Positions 53,179 through 64,000 of a stretch of DNA of 64,000 nt are shown one piece after another. The notes under the pieces are model-generated. The model ran no database searches, was not told where the DNA came from, and saw only the letters and a list, made by a program, of their open reading frames with translations. The first letter of the stretch is position 1. Each line of letters starts with the position of its first letter. The DNA lies in NCBI GenBank assembly GCA_950097015.1, contig CATNEN010000001.1, positions 5,890,001-5,954,000 of the forward strand, written 5' to 3'. Made by a program: the position numbers and the translations under genes. This DNA is from Macrostomum hystrix (taxonomy: Eukaryota; Animalia; Platyhelminthes).

Positions 53179-53489
53179 CTGCGAGTGTGTAGGATTATTT
53201 TTCGATACATATCGGTAAATTTCATTCAAGTAAAAAGCTAATAGTTGTGTATCACTAACAGAATGGCTTTTAATGCAAATACAGACAGGCCTGTATCTGG
53301 TAATAATGGAATATCATTTCTTTCGAAACATATCGGCTAAGAAACAAAAATAGTTATGATTTTTGATACATACCGGCTTAGTTTAATAAAAATATTTATT
53401 TTTAATTTAAAATACGATTAGGCAAATATATTTTTTTCGATACATATCGTTTATCCAGTGATTTGCGATAACGATAAAGTAAGACCTAC

Positions 53490-53764
53490 CGGCTGTAAAG
53501 GTAGCGCCGATTTTCGCGTCCAATATCGCGCGGATTGGCGCGCCACTGGCCGTAGGGCCTAACGCGCATTCTTTGAACAGCATTGGCTGGCCGCATAGCG
53601 TGAGATCGCGACCTGGGCGCCGAGCAGCGATGCGGCTCCAGCAGTGAGAAGGCCGGACAGGTGCTAACAGGATTAGGACACTGAGCGTGCTGCTGCAGTA
53701 GATACTCTGAGATAATACGCTCAAGAGACTGCTGCTCGCCAGCTGGTTGAGCTGGCTTAGAGGC
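53490..53764 (-). CDS. DCAF1: DCAF1/VprBP exon (HLH/H-box region); not in the ORF track in this frame
   Basis: SLERIISEYLLQQHAQCPNPVSTCPAFSLLEPHRC resembles DCAF1 TLDSIITEYLREQHARCKNPVATCPPFSLFTPHQC. Confidence 0.93.
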
Positions 53765-53904
53765 CTGGACGGGTACAGAGGTACAGTCGATAATATTTCT
53801 CTGTCTAGAATCTTAGATAATCACTTATAGCTTTTATGAGCTTGCATTTTTATGACTAGTTACCTTCGACAACCGATAACTTGCCGAAATTATAGATACG
53901 TTTG

Positions 53905-54265
53905 ATTCGATTATCGATTAGTTTGCTTCGATTATCGATTAGTTTGCTTCGATTATCGATTAGTTTGCTTCGATTATCGATTAGTTTGCTTCGATTATCG
54001 ATTAGTTTGCTTCGATTATCGATTAGTTTGCTTCGATTATCGATTAGTTTGCTTCGATTTTAGATTTTTGCTTCGATTATCGATTAGTTTCCTTCGATTA
54101 TCGATCAGTTAGACTTAATTATCGATCAGTTAGCTTCAATTATCGATCGGTTAGATATTATTATCTATTAGTTGGTATCGATTATTGGTTGGTTATATTT
54201 AATTACCGATCAATTAGCTTCGTTTATAGATCGATTACACTTTATTAACGATTAGTTAGTATCGA
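53905..54265. repeat. 21-bp minisatellite in a DCAF1 intron
   Basis: Unit ttcgattatcgattagtttgc, degenerating rightwards. Confidence 0.9.
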
Positions 54266-54317
54266 TCATTAATCAGTTTGCTTCTGTTATATAAACCTTG
54301 AAGACAGTGTTACTCAC

Positions 54318-55366
54318 CTGCATGTACAGATTATACTGAGCAGGTCTATCTCGGCCTAAACTAGCCTGCTGTTGCTGCTGCTGCTGCTGTTGCTGCCCAG
54401 CGGAAGAGACGCAGCTACGGCCGCCAACAACCACGCCGTGTCCACTATTGCGCACAACATTGACGCGGAGCGGCTGGCCGGGGCTAGCGTTCACAGTGGC
54501 TACACTGGCTGAATTAGGCGAATGCTCATTGCGGCCGTTCTGCTGCTGATGCTGCTGCTGTTTAGCGTGAGCAGCTGAATTGGATTGGCTACTAGCTGGA
54601 GTGCCGGGTGTAGGCGGCACCATACCAGCCGGATGATAGATATTAGCAGCGATAGCAGCCGGCTTGTCGCCTGTAACTTTCAGTCCGGCTTCGCGTTGTA
54701 GCACAGCGGCAGACTCCGTCAGACCCTTCGATAACAGATGATTGTACACCAGGTGCAGCAGCTCCTTGCCGTCCCAGGTGATTCGCGTATTGGAAACTAT
54801 CTCCGCCCGTCTAAGCCACTCCATCGAGACGACATCCGCGGCTGCGGTCTGCGACGGACCCGCGCCAGCGCCGCCGCCACCGCCGCCACCGGCGGCACCG
54901 ACAGGGACGCCGTTTCCGGCGGCGCCGACCGTCGGCAGTCCGCCGGAGCCAAGAATAGAATGATGGCCAGTAGGCGCTGTCGCCGCAGCCGAAGCCGAAG
55001 CTGCCGATGCTGCGCCGGCGCTCAAATTGCCGACGCCGTTCTGCCCCCGACCGCCGGACACTCGCTCAATGAGTTTACTAGCTGAGCGAACAAACCTAGT
55101 GTGATCTCGCAGTTTATCCAATAGCACTGGCTCTTTCATTAGCAATTGCAGATGGCCTTTGGTGAATAGCTGCAGTTTGGCTAGCATCTGGCTGATCTTG
55201 TCATCGCGCGACAAGCCTAAGAGGCATCTGCAGGCCAGGGCTCGAATGCAATCAGCATCTGTGAGCGGCGTGCGAGTCTCTAGTAGTCTCAGCAGGCTCA
55301 TAATGCCATTGCATGACCGAACTGCGCGCCAAACCTGCTGTACGTATTGCTCCTTGCTGGCTAGAG

Positions 55367-55425
<59 letters not shown>

Positions 55426-55478
55426 GGTGTACAGTTGACTGTGGCAGCCACAACTGCAGCTGACACTGGTTGCCGATC
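54318..55478 (-). CDS. DCAF1: DCAF1/VprBP exon (armadillo-like end plus LisH)
   Basis: WRAVRSCNGIMSLLRLL..RTPLTDADCIRALACRCLLGLSR and LisH ELLHLVYNHLLSKGLTESAAVLQREAGL. Confidence 0.95.
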
Positions 55479-55604
55479 CTAACAAAATGGAGAAGTTTAT
55501 GTTTTATTCCAAAATATTGTCTACGCAAAATCTAACGTCTACTACGAGTATTTTCCAATGTACTTTAACAATCTAAAAAATGTCTACGCTGATAATATAT
55601 TGAC

Positions 55605-57776
55605 ACCTACGCCAACTATAATGTCTACGCCAACTATAATGTCTACGCGAACTCCTATGTCTACACCAACTCTTATGTCCACGCGAACTCTTATGTCTAC
55701 GCCAACTCTTATGTCTACGCCAACTCTTATGTCTACGCGAACTCTTATGTCTACGCGAACTCTTGTGTCTACGCCAACTCTTATGTCCACGCCAACTCTT
55801 ATGTCTACGCCAACTCTTATGTCTACGCCAACTCTTATGTCTACGCCAACTCTTATGTCTACGCCAACTCTTATGCCTACGCCAACTCTTGTGTCTACGC
55901 CAACTCTTATGTCTACGCCAACTCTTATGTCTACGCCAACTCTTATGTCTACGCCAACTCTTATGTCTACGCCAACTCTTATGCCTACGCCAACTCTTAT
56001 GTCTACGCCAACTCTTGTGTCTACGCCAACTCTTATGTCTACGCCAACTCTTATGCCTACGCCAACTCTTATGTCTACGCCAACTCTTGTGTCTACGCCA
56101 ACTCTTATGTCTACACCAACTCTTATGTCTACGCCAACTCTTATGTCTACACCAACTCTTATGTCTACGCCAACTCTTATGTCTACGCGAACTTTTATGT
56201 CTACGCCAACTCTTATGTCTACACCAACTCTTATGTCTACGCCAACTCTTATGTCTACGCGAACTTTTATGTCTACGCCAACTCTTATGTCTACACCAAC
56301 TCTTATGTCTACGCGAACTCTTATGTCTACGCCAACTCTTATGTCTACACCAATTCTTATGTCTACGCCAACTCTTATGTCTACGCCAACTCTTATGTCT
56401 ACGCCAACTCTTATGTCTACGCCAACTCTTATGTCTACGCCAACTCTTATGTCTACGCGAAATCTTTTGTCTACGCCAACTCTTATGTCTACGCCAACTC
56501 TTATGTCTACGCGAACTCTTATGTCTACGCCAACTCTTATGTCTACGCCAACTCTTATGTCTACGCGAAATCTTTTGTCTACGCCAACTCTTATGTCTAC
56601 GCCAACTCTTATGTCTACGCGAACTCTTATGTCTACGCCAACTCTTATGTCTACGCCAACTCTTATGTCTACGCCAACTCTTATGTCTACGCCAACTCTT
56701 ATGTCTACGCCAACTCTTATGTCTACGCGAACTCATGTCTACGCCAACTCTTATGTCTACGCGAACTCTTATGTCTACGCGAACTCTTATGTCTACGCCA
56801 ACTCTTATGTCTACGCCAACTCTTATGTCTACGCCAACTCTTATGTCTACGCCAACTCTTATGTCTACGCGAACTCTTATGTCTACGCGAACTCTTATGT
56901 CTACGCCAACTCTTATGTCTACACCAACTCTTATGTCTACGCGAACTCTTATGTCTACGCCAACTCTTATGTCTACACCAACTCTTATGTCTACGCCAAC
57001 TCTTATGTCTACGCGAACTCTTATGTCTACGCCAACTCTTATGTCTACGCCAACTCTTATGTCTACGCCAACTCTTATGTCTACACCAACTCTTATGTCT
57101 ACGCGAACTCTTATGTCTACGCGAACTCTTATGTCTACACCAACTCTTATGTCTACGCCAACTATTATGTCTACGCCAACTCTTATGTCTACACCAACTC
57201 TTATGTCTACGCGAACTCTTATGTCTACGCCAACTCTTATGTCTACACCAACTCTTATGTCTACGCGAACTCTTATGTCTACGCGAACTCTTATGTCTAC
57301 ACCAACTCTTATGTCTACGCCAACTCTTATGTCTACGCCAACTCTTATGTCTACGCGAACTCTTATGTCTACGCCAACTCTTATGTCTACGCCAACTCTT
57401 ATGTCCACGCGAACTCTTATGTCTACGCCAACTCTTATGTCTACACCAACTCTTATGTCTACGCCAACTCTTATGTCTACGCCAACTCTTATGTCTACGC
57501 CAACTCTTATGTCTACGCCAACTCTTATGTCTACGCCAACTCTTATGTCTACGCGAACTCTTATGTCTACGCCAACTCTTATGTCTACGCGAACTCTTAT
57601 GTCTACGCGAACTCATGTCTACGCCAACTCTTATGTCTACGAGAACTCTTATGTCTACGCCAACTTTTATGTCTACGCCAACTCTTGTGTCTACGCCAAC
57701 TCTTGTGTCTACGCCAACTCTTATGTCTACGCCAACTCTTATGTCTACGCCAACTCTTATGTCTACGCCAACTATT
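55605..57776. repeat. 18-bp minisatellite, about 120 copies, in a DCAF1 intron
   Basis: Unit atgtctacgccaactctt. Confidence 0.97.
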
Positions 57777-57857
57777 AAGTCAACTTTGACACCTAAAAAT
57801 AACCAAGCAAACCATTAAAAAAGGCTTAGGTAAACTTTACCACCCAAAATAACTTAC

Positions 57858-57900
57858 AGCACGCCGCTTAACAGCCGAGCCAGTTAATTTGGTTATTAGA

Positions 57901-57936
<36 letters not shown>

Positions 57937-58379
57937 TGATTGGAACTGGCAGCCAGAGTTTCCGGTACAAATAGTGTCTCAGATTCATTACTTCTCTGCA
58001 TCTGTTCACTGTCCAATGGGCGACTAACGCACAGGTTGAGTATGGCTAATGAAAGCTTCTGAACTTCGGGATCTAAGAATTCTTCATTGTCGGCCAGTGT
58101 GAGTAGCAATTGAATACCGTCAGCTTTGTAATCAGTTGTGATGCTGAATTTGGTGAGCATATGACGCATCTGTCTAGCAATGCAACAGCAGACCAACACT
58201 ACGGCTAACGAGTGCTGAATAGTCTCCGGCTTGCCGCTGTGAGGCCCCCACTCGAAGGCGGACAGGGCAACTAGGCGCAGTAGGAAGTTCAGGCCGCCTA
58301 GGCGTTCTAGAGAGTCAACTGGCAACCAGGGCATGTCAATAGGAGCCAGGTGTATCATCAGGGCGCAAGCTTCGTTTAC
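57858..58379 (-). CDS. DCAF1: DCAF1/VprBP exon (armadillo-like region)
   Basis: W.P....RLGG..FLLRLV...GIQLLL...DPEVQKLSLAILNLCV; acceptor ctcag, donor gtaagt. Confidence 0.88.
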
Positions 58380-58619
58380 CTGAGCGGTCACGGTATAACA
58401 AAACTGTGCGTCAAAATTTGAGTTCCGACAAACACAACTAGCTTTGGCAGGGCCTAAGATGGTTCAGAATTATTACCTGAATATCATCAAGAGGGGAAAT
58501 CCTTCACCTGAGAGGAAATCAAAAATTCAAAGGCTGGAAAAGAAATTCGAAGTCAATCGTTCCTTAGGGAAAATTCCCGATCAAAATATCTTAATGAAAT
58601 CTCCTATATCGATGGATCA

Positions 58620-59150
58620 AATAGGGGAATCCCCTATCGGCAAACCTGAAAGTGGAATCCCATATCGACGGACCTGAAAGGGGAATCACCTACCGACGGA
58701 TCTGAAATGAAACCCCTATCTATCTAGGGATCTGAAAGGGAATCCCTATCTAGGGATCTGAAAGGGAATCCCTATCTAGGGATCTGAAAGGGAATCCCTA
58801 TCTAGGGATCTGAAAGGGAATCCCTATCTAGGGATCTGAAAGGGAATCCCTATCTAGGGATCTGAAAGGGAATCCCTATCTAGGGATCTGAAAGGGAATC
58901 CCTATCTAGGGACCTGAAAGGGAATCCCTATCTAGGGATCTGAAAGGGAATCCCTATCTAGGGATCTGAAAGGGAATCCCTATCTAGGGATCTGAAAGGG
59001 AATCCCTATCTAGGGATCTGAAAGGGAATCCCTATCTAGGATTCTGAAAGGGAATCCCTATCTAGGGATCTGAAAGGGAATCCCTATCTAGGGATCTGAA
59101 AGGGAATCCCTATCTAGAGATCTGAAACGGAATCCGCTATTGACGGATCA
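58620..59150. repeat. 26-bp hairpin-forming minisatellite in a DCAF1 intron
   Basis: Unit aatccctatctagggatctgaaaggg. Confidence 0.94.
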
Positions 59151-59324
59151 AATGAACAAAAATTAAAAAGGGAAATCTTCAATCAAAGGATTTGTAGAGT
59201 TATGAAGTTAATTATTCAAGGGGGGGAATTCTAAAATCGGGAATTTATAAAAGCAGAGACATCCTATTTTTGAAGATCTGCGGAATTCAAAAGAAAAAAA
59301 ATTCCAATCAGAGAGTAAACTCAC

Positions 59325-59567
59325 CTGCTCGGCGGTGTACTTTAGAGTACGCTGAGCGCCGTGCTCCACGAGTGGCGCAAAAGGCTGCTGCTGTTGCTGT
59401 TGCTGTTGCTGACTAAGCGAGTCACACTTATAAAGCAGATGCAGCTCAAAGTAACGCCTCAAAGCGCCGGTGACCAGTTTGACAATTTGCCGACAGGTAA
59501 ATAGTGCGTCCTCGGACAATAGCGAGATGTCTTCGTCCGAGCCTGTGAAGATCACTTGGGTTGCCAT
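59325..59567 (-). CDS. DCAF1: DCAF1/VprBP internal exon; upstream exons lie beyond the right edge
   Basis: LLSEDALFTCRQ....ALRRYFELHL resembles DCAF1 LLSDDEIFASRQ...ALRKYFEAHL; acceptor ccccag, donor gtgag. Confidence 0.9.
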
Positions 59568-59694
59568 CTGGGGTGCGGGGGAATGACGACGAGTGTACTT
59601 TTGATATCGAATATTTACCTAGACATACATTTAGTAGGGTTCTGGTCAAGGGACAGTAGGGTTTTGGTGAAGGAACAGCAGGGTTCTGGCGAAG

Positions 59695-59968
59695 GCATAG
59701 AAGGGCTCTGATGAAGTGATAGAAGGGCTCTGATGAAGTGATAGAAGGGCTCCGATGAAGTGATAGAAGGGCTCCGATGAAGTGATAGAAGGGCTCTGAT
59801 GAAGTGATAGAAGGGCTCTGATGAAGTGATAGAAGGGCTCTGATGAAGTGATAGAAGGGCTCTGATGAAGTGATAGAAGGGCTCTGATGAAGTGATAGAA
59901 GGGCTCTGATGAAGTGATAGAAGGGCTCTGATGAAGTGATAGAAGGGCTCTGATGAAGGTATAGAAGG
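59695..59968. repeat. 22-bp minisatellite
   Basis: Unit gaagggctctgatgaagtgata. Confidence 0.94.
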
Positions 59969-60215
59969 GTTGTAGAGAAGGAATGATTAAACGATGATTA
60001 AAATATAGTAAAACATTTCTTAAAAAACGCCCGAATAAAAAAAGATTTTTTATCACAAAGCAGAAAGTAAGTGTTTCATCCAGACCCTTGGCCATAGACA
60101 GAAACTAAGAAATGGTATTAGAAGTTCTAAAAAATTCATACAAATATCAAAGCCACCGAAGTGAAAGACAGTTCTCACAAGACTGGAAAGCAGCTCTAGA
60201 AACACAATCTGCTTT

Positions 60216-63200
60216 ATGTATCCAAGGGCCGTTGAAAACTACCTAGGCGGCAATGCGGTCGGTCTACCAATTGGAGCGAAACAAATCGAAATTAGTATGC
60301 GGATAATGGATAGCAATGGTCGCCAATTGGTTGACCTTATTCAGCAACTTGACCTTGTTGAAAAGTGGCAACAGAAGCAGCAGCATCAAAAACAGCAATC
60401 ACTGAAGAAAAAGCTATCACTAAAGCAAGTCCAGCAGCAGCATCAACAACAGAAGCATCAACCACTGCAGCATCAACCACTGCAGCATCAATCACTGCAG
60501 CATCAATCACTGCAGCATCAATCACTGCAGCATCAACCACTGCAGCATCAACCACTGCAGCATCAATCACTGCAGCATCAACCACTGCAGCATCAATCAC
60601 TGCAGCATCAACCACTGCAGCATCAACCACTGCAAGATCAACCACAGCAGCAGAATCAGCCACAGCAGGATCATCAACAACGACTGAAGAAGCATAAACC
60701 AGCGCAGCAGCAACTACTGCAGCAGCAACAACTGCAGCATCAGCAACAACTGCAGCATCAGCAAACACTGCAGCAGCAGCAACCACTGCAGCAGCAGCAA
60801 CCACTGCAGCAGCATAAACCAGCGCAGCAGCAGCAACCACTGCAGCAGCAACCACTTCAGCAGCAGCAACCACTGCAGCAGCATCCACCACTGCAGCAGC
60901 AGCAACCACTGCAGCTGCAACCACTACAGCAGCAGCAACCACAGCAGCAGCAGCATCCACCGCAGCAGCATAAACCAGCGCAGCAGCAGCAACCACTGCA
61001 GCAGCAACCACTTCAGCAGCAGCAACCACTGCAGCAGCATCCACCACTGCAGCAGCAGCAACCACTGCAGCTGCAACCACTACAGCAGCAGCAACCACAG
61101 CAGCAGCAGCATCCACCGCAGCAGCAGAAGCAACCACTGCAGCAGCAGCAACCACTGCAGCTGCAACCACTACAGCAGCAGCAACCACAGCAGCAGCAGC
61201 ATCCACCGCAGCAGCAGAAGCAACCGCTGCTGCTGCAGCAACCACTGCAGCATCAGCAACCACTGCAGCAGCAACCGCTGCAGCAACAACCTCTGCAGCA
61301 GGAACCACTGCAGCAGCATAAACCAGCGCAGCAAAAGCAACCACTGCAGCAGCAGCAACCAGTGCAACATCAGCAACCACTGCAGCAGCAGCAGCAACTG
61401 CAGCAGCAACCAATGCAGCAGCATCCACCACTGCAGCAGCAGCAACCACTGCAGAAGCAGCAACCAGTGCAGAAGCAGCAACCAGTGCAGCAGCATCCAC
61501 CACTGCAGCAGCAACCACTTCAGCAGCAGCAACCACTGCAGCAGCATAAACCTGCGCAGCAGCATCCACCACTGCAGCAGCAGCAACAACTGCAGCAGCA
61601 GCAGCAACCACTGCAGCTGCAACCACTACAGCATCAGCAACCACTGCAGCAGCAGCAACCACTACAGCAGCAGAAGCAACCGCTGCTGCTGCAGCAACCC
61701 CTGCAGCATCAGCAACCACTGCAGCAGCAACCGCTGCAGCAACAACCTCTGCAGCAGCAATCACTGCAGCAGCAACCGCTGCAGCAGCAACCACTGCAGC
61801 AGCATAAACCAGCGCAGCAAAAGCAACCACTGCAGCAGCAGCAACCAGTGCAACATCAGCAACCACTGCAGCAGCAGCAGCAACTGCAGCAGCAACCAAT
61901 GCAGCAGCATCCACCACTGCAGCAGCAGCAGCAACCACTGCAGCAGCATAAATCAGTGCAGCAGCATCAACCAGTGCAGCAGCATCCACCACTGCAGCAG
62001 CATCCACCAGTGCAGCAGCATCCACCAGTGCAGCAGCATCAACCAGTGCAGCAGCATCCACCACTGCAGCAGCATCAACAACAAAGGCAGATGCAATCAC
62101 TGCAGCAGCAACAACACAAACAGCAGCAGATGCAATTACAGCAGCAGCATCCACAGCAGCAGCAGCCAGTGCAGCAGCAGCAACCAGTGCAGCAGCATCA
62201 ACCACTGCAGCAGCAGCAACCACTTCAGCAGTATAAATCAGTGCAGCAGCATCAATCAGTGCAGCAGCATCAATCAGTGCAGCAGCATCAATCAGTGCAG
62301 CAGCATCAACCAGTGCAGCAGCATCAACCAGTGCAGCAGCATCAACCAGTGCAGCAGCATCAACCAGTGCAGCAGCATCAACCAGTGCAGCAGCATCAAC
62401 CAGTGCAGCAGCATCAACCAGTGCAGCAGCATCAACCAGTGCAGCAGCATCCACCAGTGCAGCAGCATCAACCAGTGCAGCAGCATCAACCAGTGCAGCA
62501 GCATCAACCAGTGCAGCAGCATCCACCACTGCAGCAGCATCAACAACAAAAGCAGATGCAATCACTGCAGCAGCAACAACAAAAACAGCAGCAGATGCAA
62601 TCACAGCAGCAGCAACAACATCAACAGAAGCAGCAGCAACAACAAAAATTAAAAGGCCAGACGAACAGCGACGATGACTTTATTTTGCTAAACGATATAT
62701 GTTTACTGACACCAGATGAAACCTCGCCGACGTGCAGCAATAATACTCAGTCGCTGTTTTATCATCAACAAAAGATTAGCGACTACAGCTATCAAGGCGG
62801 CATTAGGAAACGTAAAAGCAAACAATTACGCGTCAGATTTTCTGACAATGCCGATAAATCTGAAAATGTGTCCGCCGACCAATGGTTAACTCTAACGCCT
62901 ATTGTCGGGTCGCAGTCATCTACACTGACAACAGTGACTGCGTTCTCAACAGAAGAAGAGAGACGATCCGATTTGTCTATAGATATGTTTAATCGCACCA
63001 ATGGCAGCTTGGAACACATCGCTTTATTTGATAAAAACAAGTGCCAACAGAAGCCTCCGCAACAACAGAAGCAGCAGCAGCAGCATTGCCAGCACCAGCA
63101 TCAGCAACAGAAGTTGCTACTTGGAATTGAACAGCAATCCACAAGCAGTGATCATTGTTCGAACTGTACGAAAATTAGCTACAAAAGTTTAGATGATCGA

Positions 63201-63542
63201 AGCAGATTAGCTTTGCCCATCTGTGTTAAAAAAACGGCTTGGGATTCGAAGGAATTGCACTACGCCATCGATTCTGACACAGACGCCGAAGACGATGAGA
63301 AGCCAAGCGTTGAAGATTGTAAACAGGGTGACAAGCAGCCTAGCGAAAATAAAACTAAAGAATCGAGTGATCTCAGCTGCTGGAACGAAACATTTACTTT
63401 TAAACCAAAGCTCAAAGATGATTTAAAAATAACTGACACTTCACTGGCTTATGCATTGTGCATCAAATATCAACGGGACATTGTTAATCACGCGATTTTT
63501 AGTGTCATAGATCGATTGCTTCAACAAAAACTGCAGCAATGA
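60216..63542 (+). CDS. Glutamine/proline/histidine-rich protein, 1108 aa, nested antisense in a DCAF1 intron
   Basis: Uninterrupted 3.3-kb ORF with a non-repetitive N-terminus (about 50 aa) and a largely non-repetitive C-terminus (about 300 aa) around QHQPL/QQHQPV repeats; aataaa at about 63668. Confidence 0.7.
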   Translation: MYPRAVENYLGGNAVGLPIGAKQIEISMRIMDSNGRQLVDLIQQLDLVEKWQQKQQHQKQQSLKKKLSLKQVQQQHQQQKHQPLQHQPLQHQSLQHQSLQHQSLQHQPLQHQPLQHQSLQHQPLQHQSLQHQPLQHQPLQDQPQQQNQPQQDHQQRLKKHKPAQQQLLQQQQLQHQQQLQHQQTLQQQQPLQQQQPLQQHKPAQQQQPLQQQPLQQQQPLQQHPPLQQQQPLQLQPLQQQQPQQQQHPPQQHKPAQQQQPLQQQPLQQQQPLQQHPPLQQQQPLQLQPLQQQQPQQQQHPPQQQKQPLQQQQPLQLQPLQQQQPQQQQHPPQQQKQPLLLQQPLQHQQPLQQQPLQQQPLQQEPLQQHKPAQQKQPLQQQQPVQHQQPLQQQQQLQQQPMQQHPPLQQQQPLQKQQPVQKQQPVQQHPPLQQQPLQQQQPLQQHKPAQQHPPLQQQQQLQQQQQPLQLQPLQHQQPLQQQQPLQQQKQPLLLQQPLQHQQPLQQQPLQQQPLQQQSLQQQPLQQQPLQQHKPAQQKQPLQQQQPVQHQQPLQQQQQLQQQPMQQHPPLQQQQQPLQQHKSVQQHQPVQQHPPLQQHPPVQQHPPVQQHQPVQQHPPLQQHQQQRQMQSLQQQQHKQQQMQLQQQHPQQQQPVQQQQPVQQHQPLQQQQPLQQYKSVQQHQSVQQHQSVQQHQSVQQHQPVQQHQPVQQHQPVQQHQPVQQHQPVQQHQPVQQHQPVQQHQPVQQHPPVQQHQPVQQHQPVQQHQPVQQHPPLQQHQQQKQMQSLQQQQQKQQQMQSQQQQQHQQKQQQQQKLKGQTNSDDDFILLNDICLLTPDETSPTCSNNTQSLFYHQQKISDYSYQGGIRKRKSKQLRVRFSDNADKSENVSADQWLTLTPIVGSQSSTLTTVTAFSTEEERRSDLSIDMFNRTNGSLEHIALFDKNKCQQKPPQQQKQQQQHCQHQHQQQKLLLGIEQQSTSSDHCSNCTKISYKSLDDRSRLALPICVKKTAWDSKELHYAIDSDTDAEDDEKPSVEDCKQGDKQPSENKTKESSDLSCWNETFTFKPKLKDDLKITDTSLAYALCIKYQRDIVNHAIFSVIDRLLQQKLQQ

Positions 63543-63804
63543 CGGAATTGTGAATATTGCTTTTAAGAAGAGGCCGACATTTCGAAACTTTTTACGGAAA
63601 ATATCATTTCTTGTCGAACATTTTTTTATTGTGTTTCTAGCGTTTCTTCCTCTATAAAAGTACGGGAAATAAATAAATAAAAAAAGAACTAAGCAGAGAA
63701 GTGGACGTCAACTAAAATCGCAACAGACTTGTACTTAAAAAAATTAAGTTCTTTCTTGTTTGCTTAAAGTCTTATTTCATTTTAAGGAATTTTTTGAAAG
63801 GTGA

Positions 63805-64000
63805 ATCCTCTATCGGCAGACCTGAAAGTGAAATCCCCTATCGACGGACCTGAAAGGGGAATCCCCTAACAATGGATCTAAAAGGGAAATCACGATATCG
63901 ACCGATCTGAAATGGAACCCCTATCTACGGATCTAAAGGGAATCCCCTATCTACGGATCTAAAGGAAATCCCCTATCTACGGATCTGAAAGGGAATCCCC
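63805..64000. repeat. Start of an approximately 25-bp array related to the 58620-59150 repeat
   Basis: Units ggatctgaaagggaatcccctatctac. Confidence 0.85.

Noticed and set aside
55558-57818. MSTPTL / YANSYV / RRHKSW repeat ORFs
   Set aside because: 18-bp array inside a DCAF1 intron, open in most frames and with internal frameshifts.
59695-59968. CTGATGA repeats suggesting hammerhead or C/D-box snoRNA arrays
   Set aside because: The motif is followed by GAAG rather than GAAA, with no pairing stems; a 22-bp period is too short for either RNA class.
60337-62604. 755-aa Ala/Val-rich antisense ORF
   Set aside because: Shadow of the CAG-rich plus-strand ORF; it has no unique sequence of its own.

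Overview
Eukaryotic (animal) genomic DNA with spliceosomal introns. About one third of the window (roughly 22 kb) is tandem minisatellite. The style (GC/CAG-rich exons, a different minisatellite in most introns, tRNA-derived SINEs) suggests a free-living flatworm such as Macrostomum; this assignment is inference. Genes reconstructed by hand with GT-AG boundaries: (1) the first three coding exons of a phospholipase C beta-4/norpA-like gene (minus, absent from the ORF track, continuing off the left edge); (2) a death-domain plus IRAK/Pelle-like pseudokinase (plus, 4 exons, about 496 aa); (3) kinesin-13 KIF2 (minus, 5 exons, about 796 aa); (4) a 1353-aa single-pass membrane protein with about 70 acidic EEKLKEESD repeats (minus); (5) a small BCMA/TACI/Grindelwald-type single-CRD TNF-receptor-like protein (minus); (6) a two-RRM protein (minus, 2 exons); (7) the 3' eight exons of DCAF1/VprBP (minus, 5' part off the right edge); (8) a 1108-aa glutamine-rich ORF nested antisense in a DCAF1 intron. 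Most interesting: a possible divergent TNFR/IRAK-type signalling set, five co-oriented genes of which the four downstream ones each have a 3' splice acceptor just before the ATG (possible trans-spliced operon), a dispersed palindromic CGATAcaTATCG motif, a 28-bp-phased CRE cluster, and two SINE families. Most long ORFs in the supplied track are minisatellite artefacts.
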